Of a DNA stretch of 64,000 nucleotides, positions 43,786-53,351 are shown one piece after another. The first letter of the stretch is position 1. Every line of letters starts with the position of its first letter. The notes beneath the pieces were generated by a model. It was not told the DNA's origin, ran no database searches, and saw only the letters and a program-made list of their open reading frames with translations. Origin of the DNA: an uncultured Acidobacteriota bacterium (GTDB lineage: Bacteria; Acidobacteriota; Terriglobia; Acidiferrales; UBA7541); assembly GCA_963748845.1 (NCBI GenBank), contig CAVVKE010000002.1:728856-792855 (forward strand), read 5' to 3'. The position numbers and the translations under genes are program-made.

Positions 43786-45150
43786 ATGAGGACTGAAGGT
43801 ATTAAGTCGATCTCGGGACAGACGTCACTTAAGGCGCAGGCTCGCCCTGGAAGGACCCGCGGCCCGCTTCTACTGGCGATGCTCTTGCCCCTTAGACTGC
43901 TCGAGGACTTGATACAACGCCTTCGGGGATCGCGCAGGTCATGCTTGATGAGGATATGCGCGGGCGTAGTGCCTCTCTTGCTCTGTTGTTTGCCTGCCCA
44001 CGCGCAAACAATCGCCGCAGCGTCCTGTTCACAAACCGACGTGCAGAACGCCATCAATTCAGCCATCACAGGAGACATGGTATCTGTTCCGGGTGGCACG
44101 TGCTCCTGGACGAGCGTCACTATTCCCAGCACCGTGGGGGTAACACTCAACGGCGGCGGCAATACCACGATTACTTCCGGAAGCTTATTCATTCAACAGA
44201 ATAGCAACGCGGAAACGCGGGTTACGGGATTTACGTTTGAAGGAAACGGAAATTGTGGAAGCACGGCTGTGGAAGTTACAGGTACAACGACGTCATTTAC
44301 TGCCCGGGTGGACCACAACACGTTCAGCCCAAGTGGAGGGGGCACCACGATCTGTACCTACGGGAACTCTCCCGTTTTGTTTGACCATAACACTTTCAAC
44401 ATTTTGGCTTCGATGTCCGGCGATGAAGTCATTCATAACTTCGGTCTCGGCGCGAGCAATAGTCCGAGCGGCAGTAGTCCGGGGTGGACAGACAGTGTGA
44501 CACCCGGTGGCCCCGCGATGGTGTTCTTGGAAGATAACACTTTCAATTTTCCAACGAACATCGCGTATGGCGGAACTTCGGCCATCCAGTCCTATTACGG
44601 GGCGAGGACCGTCGTGCGCTACAACACGATTTATAACATGCAGATTGATCAGCACGGAACCTGTGGAGAAGTTTGGGCGCGTTGGTGGGAGATTTACAAC
44701 AACTCATTTATTACGGGCACCGGAGACAATCAGTACGCCTACATGGATTTGCGCGGCGGCAGCGGGGTCATTTTCAATAACACACAAACGGGGCCAAACG
44801 ATGGCGCTGGGATCATCCAGTTGCAGGACGACTGCAATACCAACTATCCAGACCAAGGGGAGCAGGTGGGACGCGGCATCAACGGCTGGCTCAGCCCGAC
44901 CTACATCTGGGGGAATGGCGCGTCCATGACGCCGACCAGCACAAGCTCAAACATCGAGCTGAACCGCGACTACTACGTTTCAAGCACGCAGCCTTCAAGT
45001 TTGACTCGCTGCGAACTGACGACTGATTCCGGGTCGGCATCAAGTTGTTCGACGACATATAACTACGTGCCTTATACTTATCCGCATCCCCTTCAGGGGA
45101 GTACGACTGCCCCGAATCCCCCGACGGGACTTACTGCCGTGGCTCATTGA
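43786..45150 (+). CDS. Secreted beta-helix-like protein (possible glycanase)
   Basis: GGAGGA lies 8 nt before the ATG at 43786. An internal signal-like segment GSRRSCLMRICAGVVPLLLCCLPAHA (Tat-like SRR) means a downstream start is possible. Includes CSQTDVQNAINSAITGDMVSVPGGTCSW. The protein ends APNPPTGLTAVAH. Confidence 0.6.
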   Translation: MRTEGIKSISGQTSLKAQARPGRTRGPLLLAMLLPLRLLEDLIQRLRGSRRSCLMRICAGVVPLLLCCLPAHAQTIAAASCSQTDVQNAINSAITGDMVSVPGGTCSWTSVTIPSTVGVTLNGGGNTTITSGSLFIQQNSNAETRVTGFTFEGNGNCGSTAVEVTGTTTSFTARVDHNTFSPSGGGTTICTYGNSPVLFDHNTFNILASMSGDEVIHNFGLGASNSPSGSSPGWTDSVTPGGPAMVFLEDNTFNFPTNIAYGGTSAIQSYYGARTVVRYNTIYNMQIDQHGTCGEVWARWWEIYNNSFITGTGDNQYAYMDLRGGSGVIFNNTQTGPNDGAGIIQLQDDCNTNYPDQGEQVGRGINGWLSPTYIWGNGASMTPTSTSSNIELNRDYYVSSTQPSSLTRCELTTDSGSASSCSTTYNYVPYTYPHPLQGSTTAPNPPTGLTAVAH

Positions 45151-45535
45151 TTTCATTTCAAATAATTGGACGGACCCAAGAGTCTGAAGAGCTTGCGTGA
45201 CGGCAACAACTTTCTTTCCGTGAAGCCTTGAATTAAACTAATCGCCAATTTAATTGACCAATTCTTCCCGATACCACAGGCCCCCGTTGGGTGCCGGCTG
45301 GGCGGACTGTAGGGTGATGTGCCCCGTGCAACTGCCGCTGGGTAGAAGCGTTTCTACTTTGCTCTCCTAATTCGCGCAACGCGACAATTTCTTATGGGAC
45401 GCGGGGCCTTTTGCCCCCGCAATTAAAAAAACATCATTCAGCGATTTTCCTACGGGCCATTCTTTGCGGAACTATCGGCCACACTGGGTTAATTAAACTT
45501 CGCGAATCCTCGTTGCCAATTGAGGTAAGGACTTT

Positions 45536-47197
45536 ATGATCGGTGTGATTTCAAAAGATAGTGAAATTGAGGCAGTCAATGAGTTCTTCGAGCTATTCAA
45601 GACGCCTTGGGAGTTTTATGCTCCGAGCCATGCATACGACGTTGTGATTATCACATCCGGTGAAGATTCAGCAAATGTGAATTCCAATCTGCTGCTGATT
45701 TACGATTCGAAATCCACGGCATTTGATGGGCTGGGCGGCGCCACCAGGCCTATGAAGCAAGGCTGTACGTGGATTGAGTGGGATGGCGTCGAGTTTCCCG
45801 TTTATGGGGACCTAATGACCCTCCCGAAAGCTGAGCGGCCCTTCATTTGGTCCAAGGGAAAGTCCGAAATCGTGGGGATTGAAGTCAACCGCTCGGGGCG
45901 CCGCACTCTGCGCATTGGATACGATTTGTTTCAGGAAGTTTCTTTCTTGCTTTCCCAGGGACAGCCTTCCGAGAATGCACTTTCGCCTACTTTGGAAATT
46001 CACATTTCTATGCTAAGGAGCATGCTGCTGAATGCGGGAGTTTCCTTCGTAGAAGTTCCGGCCGTGCCGGCCGGTTACGACTTCATGGCTTGCTTGACGC
46101 ACGATGTGGATTTCACTGGGATACGTGAGCACAAGTTTGATCACACACTTCTGGGATTCATTTATCGGGCCTTTTTTGGTTCTTTTGCCGCCGCAATGAG
46201 GGGCAAACTCCCGTTGCCTCGAATGATTGAGAATTGGAAGGCGGTCTTCTCTCTCCCACTCGTATATCTCGGCCTTAAAGAGGACTTCTGGCTGGAATTT
46301 GATCGCTATAATCAAATTGAGAAGGATCTTGGCTCGACATTCTATTTCATTCCTTTCAAGGATGTCCCCGGTGTAACCAATTCCGGCGCAGCCCCGAAGA
46401 GGCGAGCCGCCAAGTATGACGTCGCTGAAATCCAGGATCAGTTGCGCCAACTCATCGCGCAAGGTTGCGAGGTCGGCCTCCATGGAATTGACTCATGGCA
46501 GGACAGGCAGAAGGCTCGGATCGAATCCAAGCGAATCTGTGATCTCAGCGGACAAACGGAAGTCGGTGTTCGAATGCACTGGCTATATTTCGATGAGGAC
46601 TCCCCCAAGATTCTGGAAGATGCGGGCCTCACGTACGATTCAACTTTTGGCTACAATAACGCGATCGGCTTTCGTGGAGGGACGGCACAAGCATTTTGTC
46701 CCACCACCGCCAAAGTTCTTCTCGAGCTTCCGCTGGGCATTCAGGACACAGCGATGTTTTACCCTGGCCGGATGAATCTTTCGGAAACCGACGCTTTCGA
46801 ATCCTGCAAACATCTGATCGAATTTATGTCCATGTTCGGTGGTGTATTGACTGTGAATTGGCACACGAGAAGCCTGTCACCTGAGAGGCTGTGGGGAGAT
46901 TTCTACGCGCGGCTGTTGGAAGAGTTGCAGAAGCACAGAGTGTGGTTCGGCACCGCACAGCAGATCACAACGTGGTTCCGAAAGAGGCGTGAGCTTCGAT
47001 TTGACCAAGTGCAATTTGCGGAAGACGGCGTGCATGTGAAAATTTCAGGCCCTTCTTCGGATTGCTGCCCGCCGTTCTTGGTAAGAGTTCACCACAATCC
47101 GACGCGTTCGGCCACAGACTCCGAACTTCACACGAGCGAACCGATTTACTCGGACACTGCTCGAAAAGACGAAACTATGCTCACAATTGGGTTGTAG
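45536..47197 (+). CDS. Hypothetical protein with a polysaccharide-deacetylase-like (CE4-superfamily-like) central region
   Basis: Motifs CLTHDVDF and GLHGIDSW. Related to 49624..51009. The assignment is tentative. Confidence 0.45.
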   Translation: MIGVISKDSEIEAVNEFFELFKTPWEFYAPSHAYDVVIITSGEDSANVNSNLLLIYDSKSTAFDGLGGATRPMKQGCTWIEWDGVEFPVYGDLMTLPKAERPFIWSKGKSEIVGIEVNRSGRRTLRIGYDLFQEVSFLLSQGQPSENALSPTLEIHISMLRSMLLNAGVSFVEVPAVPAGYDFMACLTHDVDFTGIREHKFDHTLLGFIYRAFFGSFAAAMRGKLPLPRMIENWKAVFSLPLVYLGLKEDFWLEFDRYNQIEKDLGSTFYFIPFKDVPGVTNSGAAPKRRAAKYDVAEIQDQLRQLIAQGCEVGLHGIDSWQDRQKARIESKRICDLSGQTEVGVRMHWLYFDEDSPKILEDAGLTYDSTFGYNNAIGFRGGTAQAFCPTTAKVLLELPLGIQDTAMFYPGRMNLSETDAFESCKHLIEFMSMFGGVLTVNWHTRSLSPERLWGDFYARLLEELQKHRVWFGTAQQITTWFRKRRELRFDQVQFAEDGVHVKISGPSSDCCPPFLVRVHHNPTRSATDSELHTSEPIYSDTARKDETMLTIGL

Positions 47198-47357
47198 GAC
47201 CGCATTGATTGTTTCGGCGGTTTTGGACAATTCGATTGCACAGGGCTCCATTTGGGCTGATTCGATGAACGCTTACTGTTGTCTGAAGAGAAAAGTTTAA
47301 GCAATGAGATTTGTTGAACAAACTTGCGGCAAATCCAGTAAAGGAAGGTAAAGGACC

Positions 47358-48101
47358 GTGGCCGAAAGCAATGTCGTTATTGTGGGTATGGGAGAAGTTG
47401 GTCGTCCCCTATTTGAAATTTTAAGCCGCGCTTACACATGCATCGGCGTCGATGTGGAGCCCGTGCAAATAGACCGCCCCTGTTCCGTGCTGCATATCTG
47501 TTTCCCTTTCCAGATGAAGGACTTTGTCGGTACGACGGTTGCGTATATCGAAAAGTACAAACCACAGCTGACCATCATCAACAGTACCCTTGGTGTCGGG
47601 ACCACGAGGAAGGTACAAGAGCGAGTCAAATTGCCCGTGGCCTATAGTCCCGTCAGAGGGAAGCACGCAAAAATGGTGCAGGATATGCTGCATTACCGTA
47701 AATTTGTGGCTGGATTCGATTCCACATCTACGCATACCGCCACGGAGCATTTTTCCAAAGCCGGGTTTCAAGTAGAGAAATTCCGCACGCCGGAGGTCGG
47801 TGAGCTCAGTAAGCTGCTTGAAACGACGTGGCTTGGCGTCCTGATTGGTTGGGCCCAAGATGTAGAGCGGATGGCTGGTGAATGTGGCGCCTCGTATGAG
47901 GAAGTAAACGCTTTCATCAAAGAGATCAGTTTTCTTCCGTCAAACGTATTTCCCGGACGCATCGGGGGCCATTGTGTAATGCCGAACATCGCGATCTTGC
48001 GCACTAAGTTTTCCTCCTCCTTTCTTAATGCCATCGCCGAGTCAAACGAACGCAAAGAACAGGAACTGCAGAATTTAGTTGGGAAGTATGACGGAAAATA
48101 G
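47358..48101 (+). CDS. Short nucleotide-sugar dehydrogenase-like protein (UDP-glucose/GDP-mannose dehydrogenase family, lacking the C-terminal domain)
   Basis: Rossmann VVIVGMGEVGRPL. Central-domain pattern EVGELSKLLETTWLGVLIGWAQDVERMAGECGASYEEV. Cys-containing RIGGHCVMPNI in place of GFGGxCxxKD. Only 247 aa. Confidence 0.5.
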   Translation: MAESNVVIVGMGEVGRPLFEILSRAYTCIGVDVEPVQIDRPCSVLHICFPFQMKDFVGTTVAYIEKYKPQLTIINSTLGVGTTRKVQERVKLPVAYSPVRGKHAKMVQDMLHYRKFVAGFDSTSTHTATEHFSKAGFQVEKFRTPEVGELSKLLETTWLGVLIGWAQDVERMAGECGASYEEVNAFIKEISFLPSNVFPGRIGGHCVMPNIAILRTKFSSSFLNAIAESNERKEQELQNLVGKYDGK

Positions 48102-48267
48102 AAATGGGAAAGACGAATTTGGATTGTGCTGGACCAATTGTCGACTGGAATTTTGAGAAAGTATACAACCGAAACTGTTTCACCAAGGTGAAGAGGGCCC
48201 GCCAATCATTCTCCAACTAAATGAATGAATCTGATTTCACTTTTACTGTGGGACATCGGGACACGAA

Positions 48268-49311
48268 TTGACAAACTTTCATCAAATTGACCCCCTCAAG
48301 GATCCACGCTGGGGCGAGTTCGTGGAGAGACATCCGCGGGCGTCAGTTTTCCATTCGGTTGGCTGGCTCGAAGCATTGCACCGCACTTACGGGTATGTCC
48401 CGGTCGGCTTCACAACGTCCGCACCCGGAGGAAACCTGCAAAATGGCTTGGTCTTCTGTGAAGTCGAAAGCTGGCTGACCGGCCGCAGGCTTGTATCTTT
48501 GCCTTTCTCGGACCACTGCGAGCCGTTAGTCGAGACGGCGGAAGATTTTCAAGTGCTCCTCGCAGGATTACAGGAACGGCTTCGGAACGATGGTTGGCGC
48601 TATATTGAAATTCGTCCGTTGGGCGCCATCCAAGCGGACCTGGGCAATTTCCGCGAGAGCAAGACGTATTTCTTTCACCAAGTGGACTTGAATCGGGACC
48701 TCGAAACCTTGTTTCGCAATTTTCAGAAGGATTCGACACAGAGAAAAATCCGGCGAGCGGAACGCGAAGGTCTGCAGATCGAAGAGGGCCGCTCCGATTC
48801 ACTTCTTGACGCCTTCTACCAGCTCCAACTCCTCACTCGCCGGCGCCATGGTTTGCCGCCCCAGCCAAGAAGCTGGTACCGCAATCTGGTCGATTGCTTG
48901 GGTAGCGCGCTTACGATTCGCGTAGCCTTGAAGGACAAACAGCCTATCGCTGCAATCATCACACTTTGTTTCAACGATTCCCTCGTTTACAAGTACGGTT
49001 GTTCCGACACTCAATTTAACAACCTGGGTGGCACGCAGCTGTTGTTTTGGAGAGCGATCCAACAGGCAAAAGAATCGAATTTGCGGTGGTTTGATTTGGG
49101 CCGCTCCGACGAAGACAATCAAGGCCTCGTCACTTTCAAGGATCGCTGGGGGGCTCAGCGTTCAACGTTAACTTATTTGAGAAACCCGGCGAGTCTAACT
49201 CTTCACCGCGATGAAGGCTGGAAAATGCATGTCGCAAAGGGCGTTTTCGCGCACACGCCAAATGCCTTTCTATCTGCGGTTGGCGGACTCCTTTATAAGC
49301 ATATGGGTTAG
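48268..49311 (+). CDS. FemAB-like / GNAT (Acetyltransf_6-type) family protein
   Basis: SVFHSVGWLEALHRTYGY, then FQKDSTQRKIRRAEREG, then YKYGCSD...LLFWRAIQQAKESNLRWFDLGRS. Confidence 0.6.
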   Translation: MTNFHQIDPLKDPRWGEFVERHPRASVFHSVGWLEALHRTYGYVPVGFTTSAPGGNLQNGLVFCEVESWLTGRRLVSLPFSDHCEPLVETAEDFQVLLAGLQERLRNDGWRYIEIRPLGAIQADLGNFRESKTYFFHQVDLNRDLETLFRNFQKDSTQRKIRRAEREGLQIEEGRSDSLLDAFYQLQLLTRRRHGLPPQPRSWYRNLVDCLGSALTIRVALKDKQPIAAIITLCFNDSLVYKYGCSDTQFNNLGGTQLLFWRAIQQAKESNLRWFDLGRSDEDNQGLVTFKDRWGAQRSTLTYLRNPASLTLHRDEGWKMHVAKGVFAHTPNAFLSAVGGLLYKHMG

Positions 49312-49623
49312 GCAAGATTTCACATCGGGAGCGAGAAATATCAAGAGGTCAACGAGAGAAGAATAAAAGCCATGAACGTTGCGCTCCCGCATGCGTCGTT
49401 CCGTCTTTTCGGACTCCAACCACACAGCTCAAACCGAATGCAATTGGTGCTCAGCTGGCATTCGATTCTCCACCCAAAGATTACTATTTATCGTATCTCT
49501 CTTTCTGTATTCTCCGCTCCGCTTCCCCTCCTGCCATAATCATCATACGAATTCCGTGCGCAGACATCACTCGAATCGGAGTTTTCAGCAATTTGCTTAG
49601 TCTTCGGGCAAAGGAAAACTTGA

Positions 49624-51009
49624 ATGCAGGCAAGGGAAAATCCGCTTATTGAACATTTTCGGTGTCCTGCAGACCTTGTTCCCGTAGCGTTCGCGGGGAC
49701 GCCTTCTCCTAACCCAGGATATTTCCTGTTCGGACCGGATACTGTTTGTTTTGGGCAGCCGTCTTTTGTCTCTGCTACCGCACGCCCGGACACTACCTCA
49801 CCTGACCTTTATGCTTCCGTAAGAGCTAACGGCAAAGGCCTTCTCCTGCCGTTTGACTTGGGCGCAACTATAAAGAACTTGCGCGCTGAGCTGTATCTCC
49901 AGGCGGCGGACCTTCACAAGAGAAGGCTCACATCGAATCCGGTCGTGCGAACCCTCTACTACCGCTACTTGCGGCCGGTGATGGGAGTGACTGTCCGCAA
50001 ACATCTGCAGCGCGTTCACTTGAGCGACTGGGAAAAGATCCCTTTCCCTCATTGGCCTGTCGATTTCACTGTTGAGACTATTTTAGAGCGAATCATGGCG
50101 CTTTCGCTGAAACACTCCGGTCAGAAACGCATTCCCTTCATTTGGTTCTGGCCCGATGGAGCCCCAGGTTGCGCAATGATGACCCATGACGTCGAGGCGC
50201 CTCCGGGTCGTGACTTCTGTTCCAGCTTGATGGACCTTGACGATTCAATCGGGATCAAGTCCTCCTTTCAAATTGTGCCCGAAGAAAGATACGAAGTTTC
50301 AGAGTCCTTTTTGGAAAGTATCCGGAAACGCGGATTTGAAATCAACGTGCATGATTTGAACCATGACGGGCTTCTCTTCCGCGAGCGTGCGGAATTCGAG
50401 CGGAGAGCGGACAAAATCAATCAATATGCGAAACGCTTCGGTACGAGGGGATTCCGGGCCGGCGCGATGTATCGCAATCAGGATTGGTTCTCCTCCTTCG
50501 ACCTTTCTTATGACATGTCAGTTCCGAATGTCGCCCACCTCGAGCCCCAGAGAGGCGGCTGCTGCACAGTCATGCCGTATTTCATCGGGAATGTACTGGA
50601 GCTGCCGCTGACGACAATCCAGGACTACTCCTTGTTTCACATTATGGGCGACTATTCTATCGACATCTGGCGGCAACAGATGGACCTCATTCTGCGGCGA
50701 AATGGTCTCATCAGCGTCATTACCCATCCGGATTACTTAATAGAGTTGAATGCCCGGCGTGTCTACACGGAACTACTGGCGCATCTTTCTGGTCTGCGTT
50801 CGATGGATAAAGTGTGGGTCGCACTCCCTGCCGAAGTAGACAAGTGGTGGCGGGCTCGCAGTCAAATGTCGCTGGTACAACGCGGCGGCACCTGGCAGAT
50901 CCAGGGGCCGGGGAATGACCGGGCACGCCTTGCATTTGCTGCTCTGGATGCGGGTCGCCTTGTTTTCGAACTTGATGGCAGGAGATTTGAGCGGCCAATT
51001 GAGGCTTGA
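49624..51009 (+). CDS. Polysaccharide-deacetylase-like (CE4-superfamily-like) protein
   Basis: Motifs MMTHDVEAPPG and NVHDLNHDG. A paralog-like relative of 45536..47197. Confidence 0.45.
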   Translation: MQARENPLIEHFRCPADLVPVAFAGTPSPNPGYFLFGPDTVCFGQPSFVSATARPDTTSPDLYASVRANGKGLLLPFDLGATIKNLRAELYLQAADLHKRRLTSNPVVRTLYYRYLRPVMGVTVRKHLQRVHLSDWEKIPFPHWPVDFTVETILERIMALSLKHSGQKRIPFIWFWPDGAPGCAMMTHDVEAPPGRDFCSSLMDLDDSIGIKSSFQIVPEERYEVSESFLESIRKRGFEINVHDLNHDGLLFRERAEFERRADKINQYAKRFGTRGFRAGAMYRNQDWFSSFDLSYDMSVPNVAHLEPQRGGCCTVMPYFIGNVLELPLTTIQDYSLFHIMGDYSIDIWRQQMDLILRRNGLISVITHPDYLIELNARRVYTELLAHLSGLRSMDKVWVALPAEVDKWWRARSQMSLVQRGGTWQIQGPGNDRARLAFAALDAGRLVFELDGRRFERPIEA

Positions 51010-51045
51010 TTCCCCTAAAAGCACCTCCGATTCAATTCGCCACCG

Positions 51046-51071
51046 GAAATTTGCAGATTGGAGCAAATTTC
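51046..51071. terminator. Hairpin GAAATTTGC-N8-GCAAATTTC between convergent genes
   Basis: 9-bp perfect arms between the stops at 51009 (+) and 51117 (-). Confidence 0.4.
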
Positions 51072-51116
51072 GATGCAGCCTGACACTATCGCGCACGGCG
51101 CATGGCAATCCAGCGC

Positions 51117-52145
51117 TCACGCCAAGGCGGGCTTAGATCGACGCTTGCCCAGAATCCAAGATTCATAATAAGTCCACGAAACAGCCGAGATCGCCGTTAT
51201 GATCGCCGCACTCACAATGAAAACAAGGACTTTCGAATGGAAATGCTGCCCAACTAGGACTAACACGCCCTCGTGGAACAAATAAAACGTATAGCTGATC
51301 ACGCCGAGGTATCGCAGGGGTTTAAAGTTTAATACCGCAGAGGTGAAGCCCTTCCCGGATCCCAGTACCCAAACTAGCGTTCCGCCAAAGATGAGAACCA
51401 CTAATGAGTATCCGACGGTATTGAAGAACACCGTGTTGTTGTTATGTCGAAAATTATGCATCATTGACAGCGCCGCAAGAATGAATGCGGCCGTGACGGC
51501 GCAAATCCCCCCTGCACGTCGGTGCAATTTGATCCACTCGGGGTCTTGAATTTCAGATATGGCGATGAATGCCCCACACGCGAGGGTGTCAGCCCGAAAC
51601 GGTGTGAGTGTGTAAACGGGAGCGTTCGAAGACAGAAACGGAGTACAGATCGCTCTGATAACGGGCGCCACGAGGATGATGCCTAGAGCGATATGTTTCA
51701 GCGTCTTCGGGCTCGTGCGAAGCACAACCCACGGCCACACAAAGTAAAACTGCTCCTCCACAGCCAAGGACCAAAGCGGGGCCATGGCTATCACATCATT
51801 CTTGTGCAGTGCATTCGCGACATTCGCTGCGAAGAAGGCGTACCAATACCAGATATGCGCCCAGGGCACCGTAAAAAATAAGCTCACCATAAGCAGGAAG
51901 AGACAGTAAGGTGGAAGGATTCTGCGTGCGCGGCGCAAATAGAAAGGCCCGAAGAATCCTGTATTGGCGTCCCCCTTTGCATTCTGATCCTTCGATCGAA
52001 GCAAAATACCCGTAATGAGATATCCACTCAGGACGAAAAATAAGTCAACGCCAGCCCACATCAAAGGGGCGTCGAAGGCGTGGTACACGAAGACCGCAAG
52101 GATGGCTATCCCTCGAAGTCCATCCAGTTGGGTAATCCGTTTCAC
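51117..52145 (-). CDS. Acyltransferase family 3 (membrane O-acyltransferase)
   Basis: MKRITQLDGLRGIAILAVFVYHAF start, with about 10 TM segments. Confidence 0.8.
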   Translation of the reverse strand: MKRITQLDGLRGIAILAVFVYHAFDAPLMWAGVDLFFVLSGYLITGILLRSKDQNAKGDANTGFFGPFYLRRARRILPPYCLFLLMVSLFFTVPWAHIWYWYAFFAANVANALHKNDVIAMAPLWSLAVEEQFYFVWPWVVLRTSPKTLKHIALGIILVAPVIRAICTPFLSSNAPVYTLTPFRADTLACGAFIAISEIQDPEWIKLHRRAGGICAVTAAFILAALSMMHNFRHNNNTVFFNTVGYSLVVLIFGGTLVWVLGSGKGFTSAVLNFKPLRYLGVISYTFYLFHEGVLVLVGQHFHSKVLVFIVSAAIITAISAVSWTYYESWILGKRRSKPALA

Positions 52146-52367
52146 GAAGCATAAGTATGCAGCCTGCTTTTCGTTCAGCGAGCGCTGCTATTTCCTTGTT
52201 TGCCCAGAAAGGCATGAGGTCTGGTTGAAACGAGAATTTCCAATTTAGATCTCTCGCTCGTGCGCCGTGCTCTTTTTTTTCCTGAACACACCGATTTTGT
52301 CGCCAGTGCAGCCGAACACTGATAAGTGGTATGTTCTTTACGCGTTGCTAAAAGTGGATGTCGAGAC

Positions 52368-53351
52368 ATGTCAAGAATAAGATTCAGCATCGTTATTACG
52401 GCCTATAAACAGAATCAGTTCATCTGTGATGCTGTTGACTCTGCATTGAGTCAGACAGTTTCCGACAAGGAAGTTATTGTCGTGGATGACGCATCAGAGG
52501 ACGGATCCGCTCAAATTCTGGCGAAGTATGGTGATGCCATCCATTTGGCTTGTTTGAAGGAAAACATTGGAGCAATCGGGGCCCGTAATCACGGAGCGTC
52601 GCTGGCTAAAGGAGATTACATTGTTTTTCTTGACGGGGACGATGCGTTCATGCCTTGGGCCTTGGAGGTTTACGACCGGATCATAAGGGATCGGAATCCA
52701 ATTTTGATTTATGGCAGGACGCGATGGATTAACGGTTCTATCCCACAGGTGACGAGTCAAGACATTCCACGCAAGATTGAATTCGCGGAATACGAAGCTG
52801 CGGTTTCCAAAGACAGGACATTAGGCTTGAGCGCCAGCTCATTTATTGTGAGCAGACGAGCTTTTCAGGATGTAGGCGGCTGGACCACGGGCATTTTCCA
52901 CTTGGATCTTCACGACATTTCCCTCAAGTTGGGATGTTCAGGTCGGACGGTTCTGATACTTTCTCCTCGAACGGTTTTCTACCGAATTCATACAACGAAT
53001 AGTATCCACTCTGTCCCCCCATTCATCCAAAAGGTATATCTTCTGAAGTCCAGGGAAGAGGCCGGGATCTATCCAGGAGGCCGGGAATACAGGTTTCGGA
53101 GGCGTGCGTGGCTCGGTGGGATGACCACTTTTTGGGTTCAAAGATCACTAAAAGCCGGCCTCTACAAGGACGCATTGAAGCTCACGATTTCCGGATGGAC
53201 TTTCATTTTAGCCGCCGTTGTGCGGAGGACCGTTGCGAAGATCAGAGGGCAACGTCCTCTTGATACCATCGAGTTCATCCCTATGGAAAATGAATCCCAA
53301 ATGAATGTGGTTGAGAATTTCTCCCCGGGAGTATCATCAACATCAAAATGA
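52368..53351 (+). CDS. Glycosyltransferase family 2
   Basis: FSIVITAYKQNQFICDAVDSALSQT, then VIVVDDASEDGS, then the LDGDD motif. Confidence 0.8.
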   Translation: MSRIRFSIVITAYKQNQFICDAVDSALSQTVSDKEVIVVDDASEDGSAQILAKYGDAIHLACLKENIGAIGARNHGASLAKGDYIVFLDGDDAFMPWALEVYDRIIRDRNPILIYGRTRWINGSIPQVTSQDIPRKIEFAEYEAAVSKDRTLGLSASSFIVSRRAFQDVGGWTTGIFHLDLHDISLKLGCSGRTVLILSPRTVFYRIHTTNSIHSVPPFIQKVYLLKSREEAGIYPGGREYRFRRRAWLGGMTTFWVQRSLKAGLYKDALKLTISGWTFILAAVVRRTVAKIRGQRPLDTIEFIPMENESQMNVVENFSPGVSSTSK

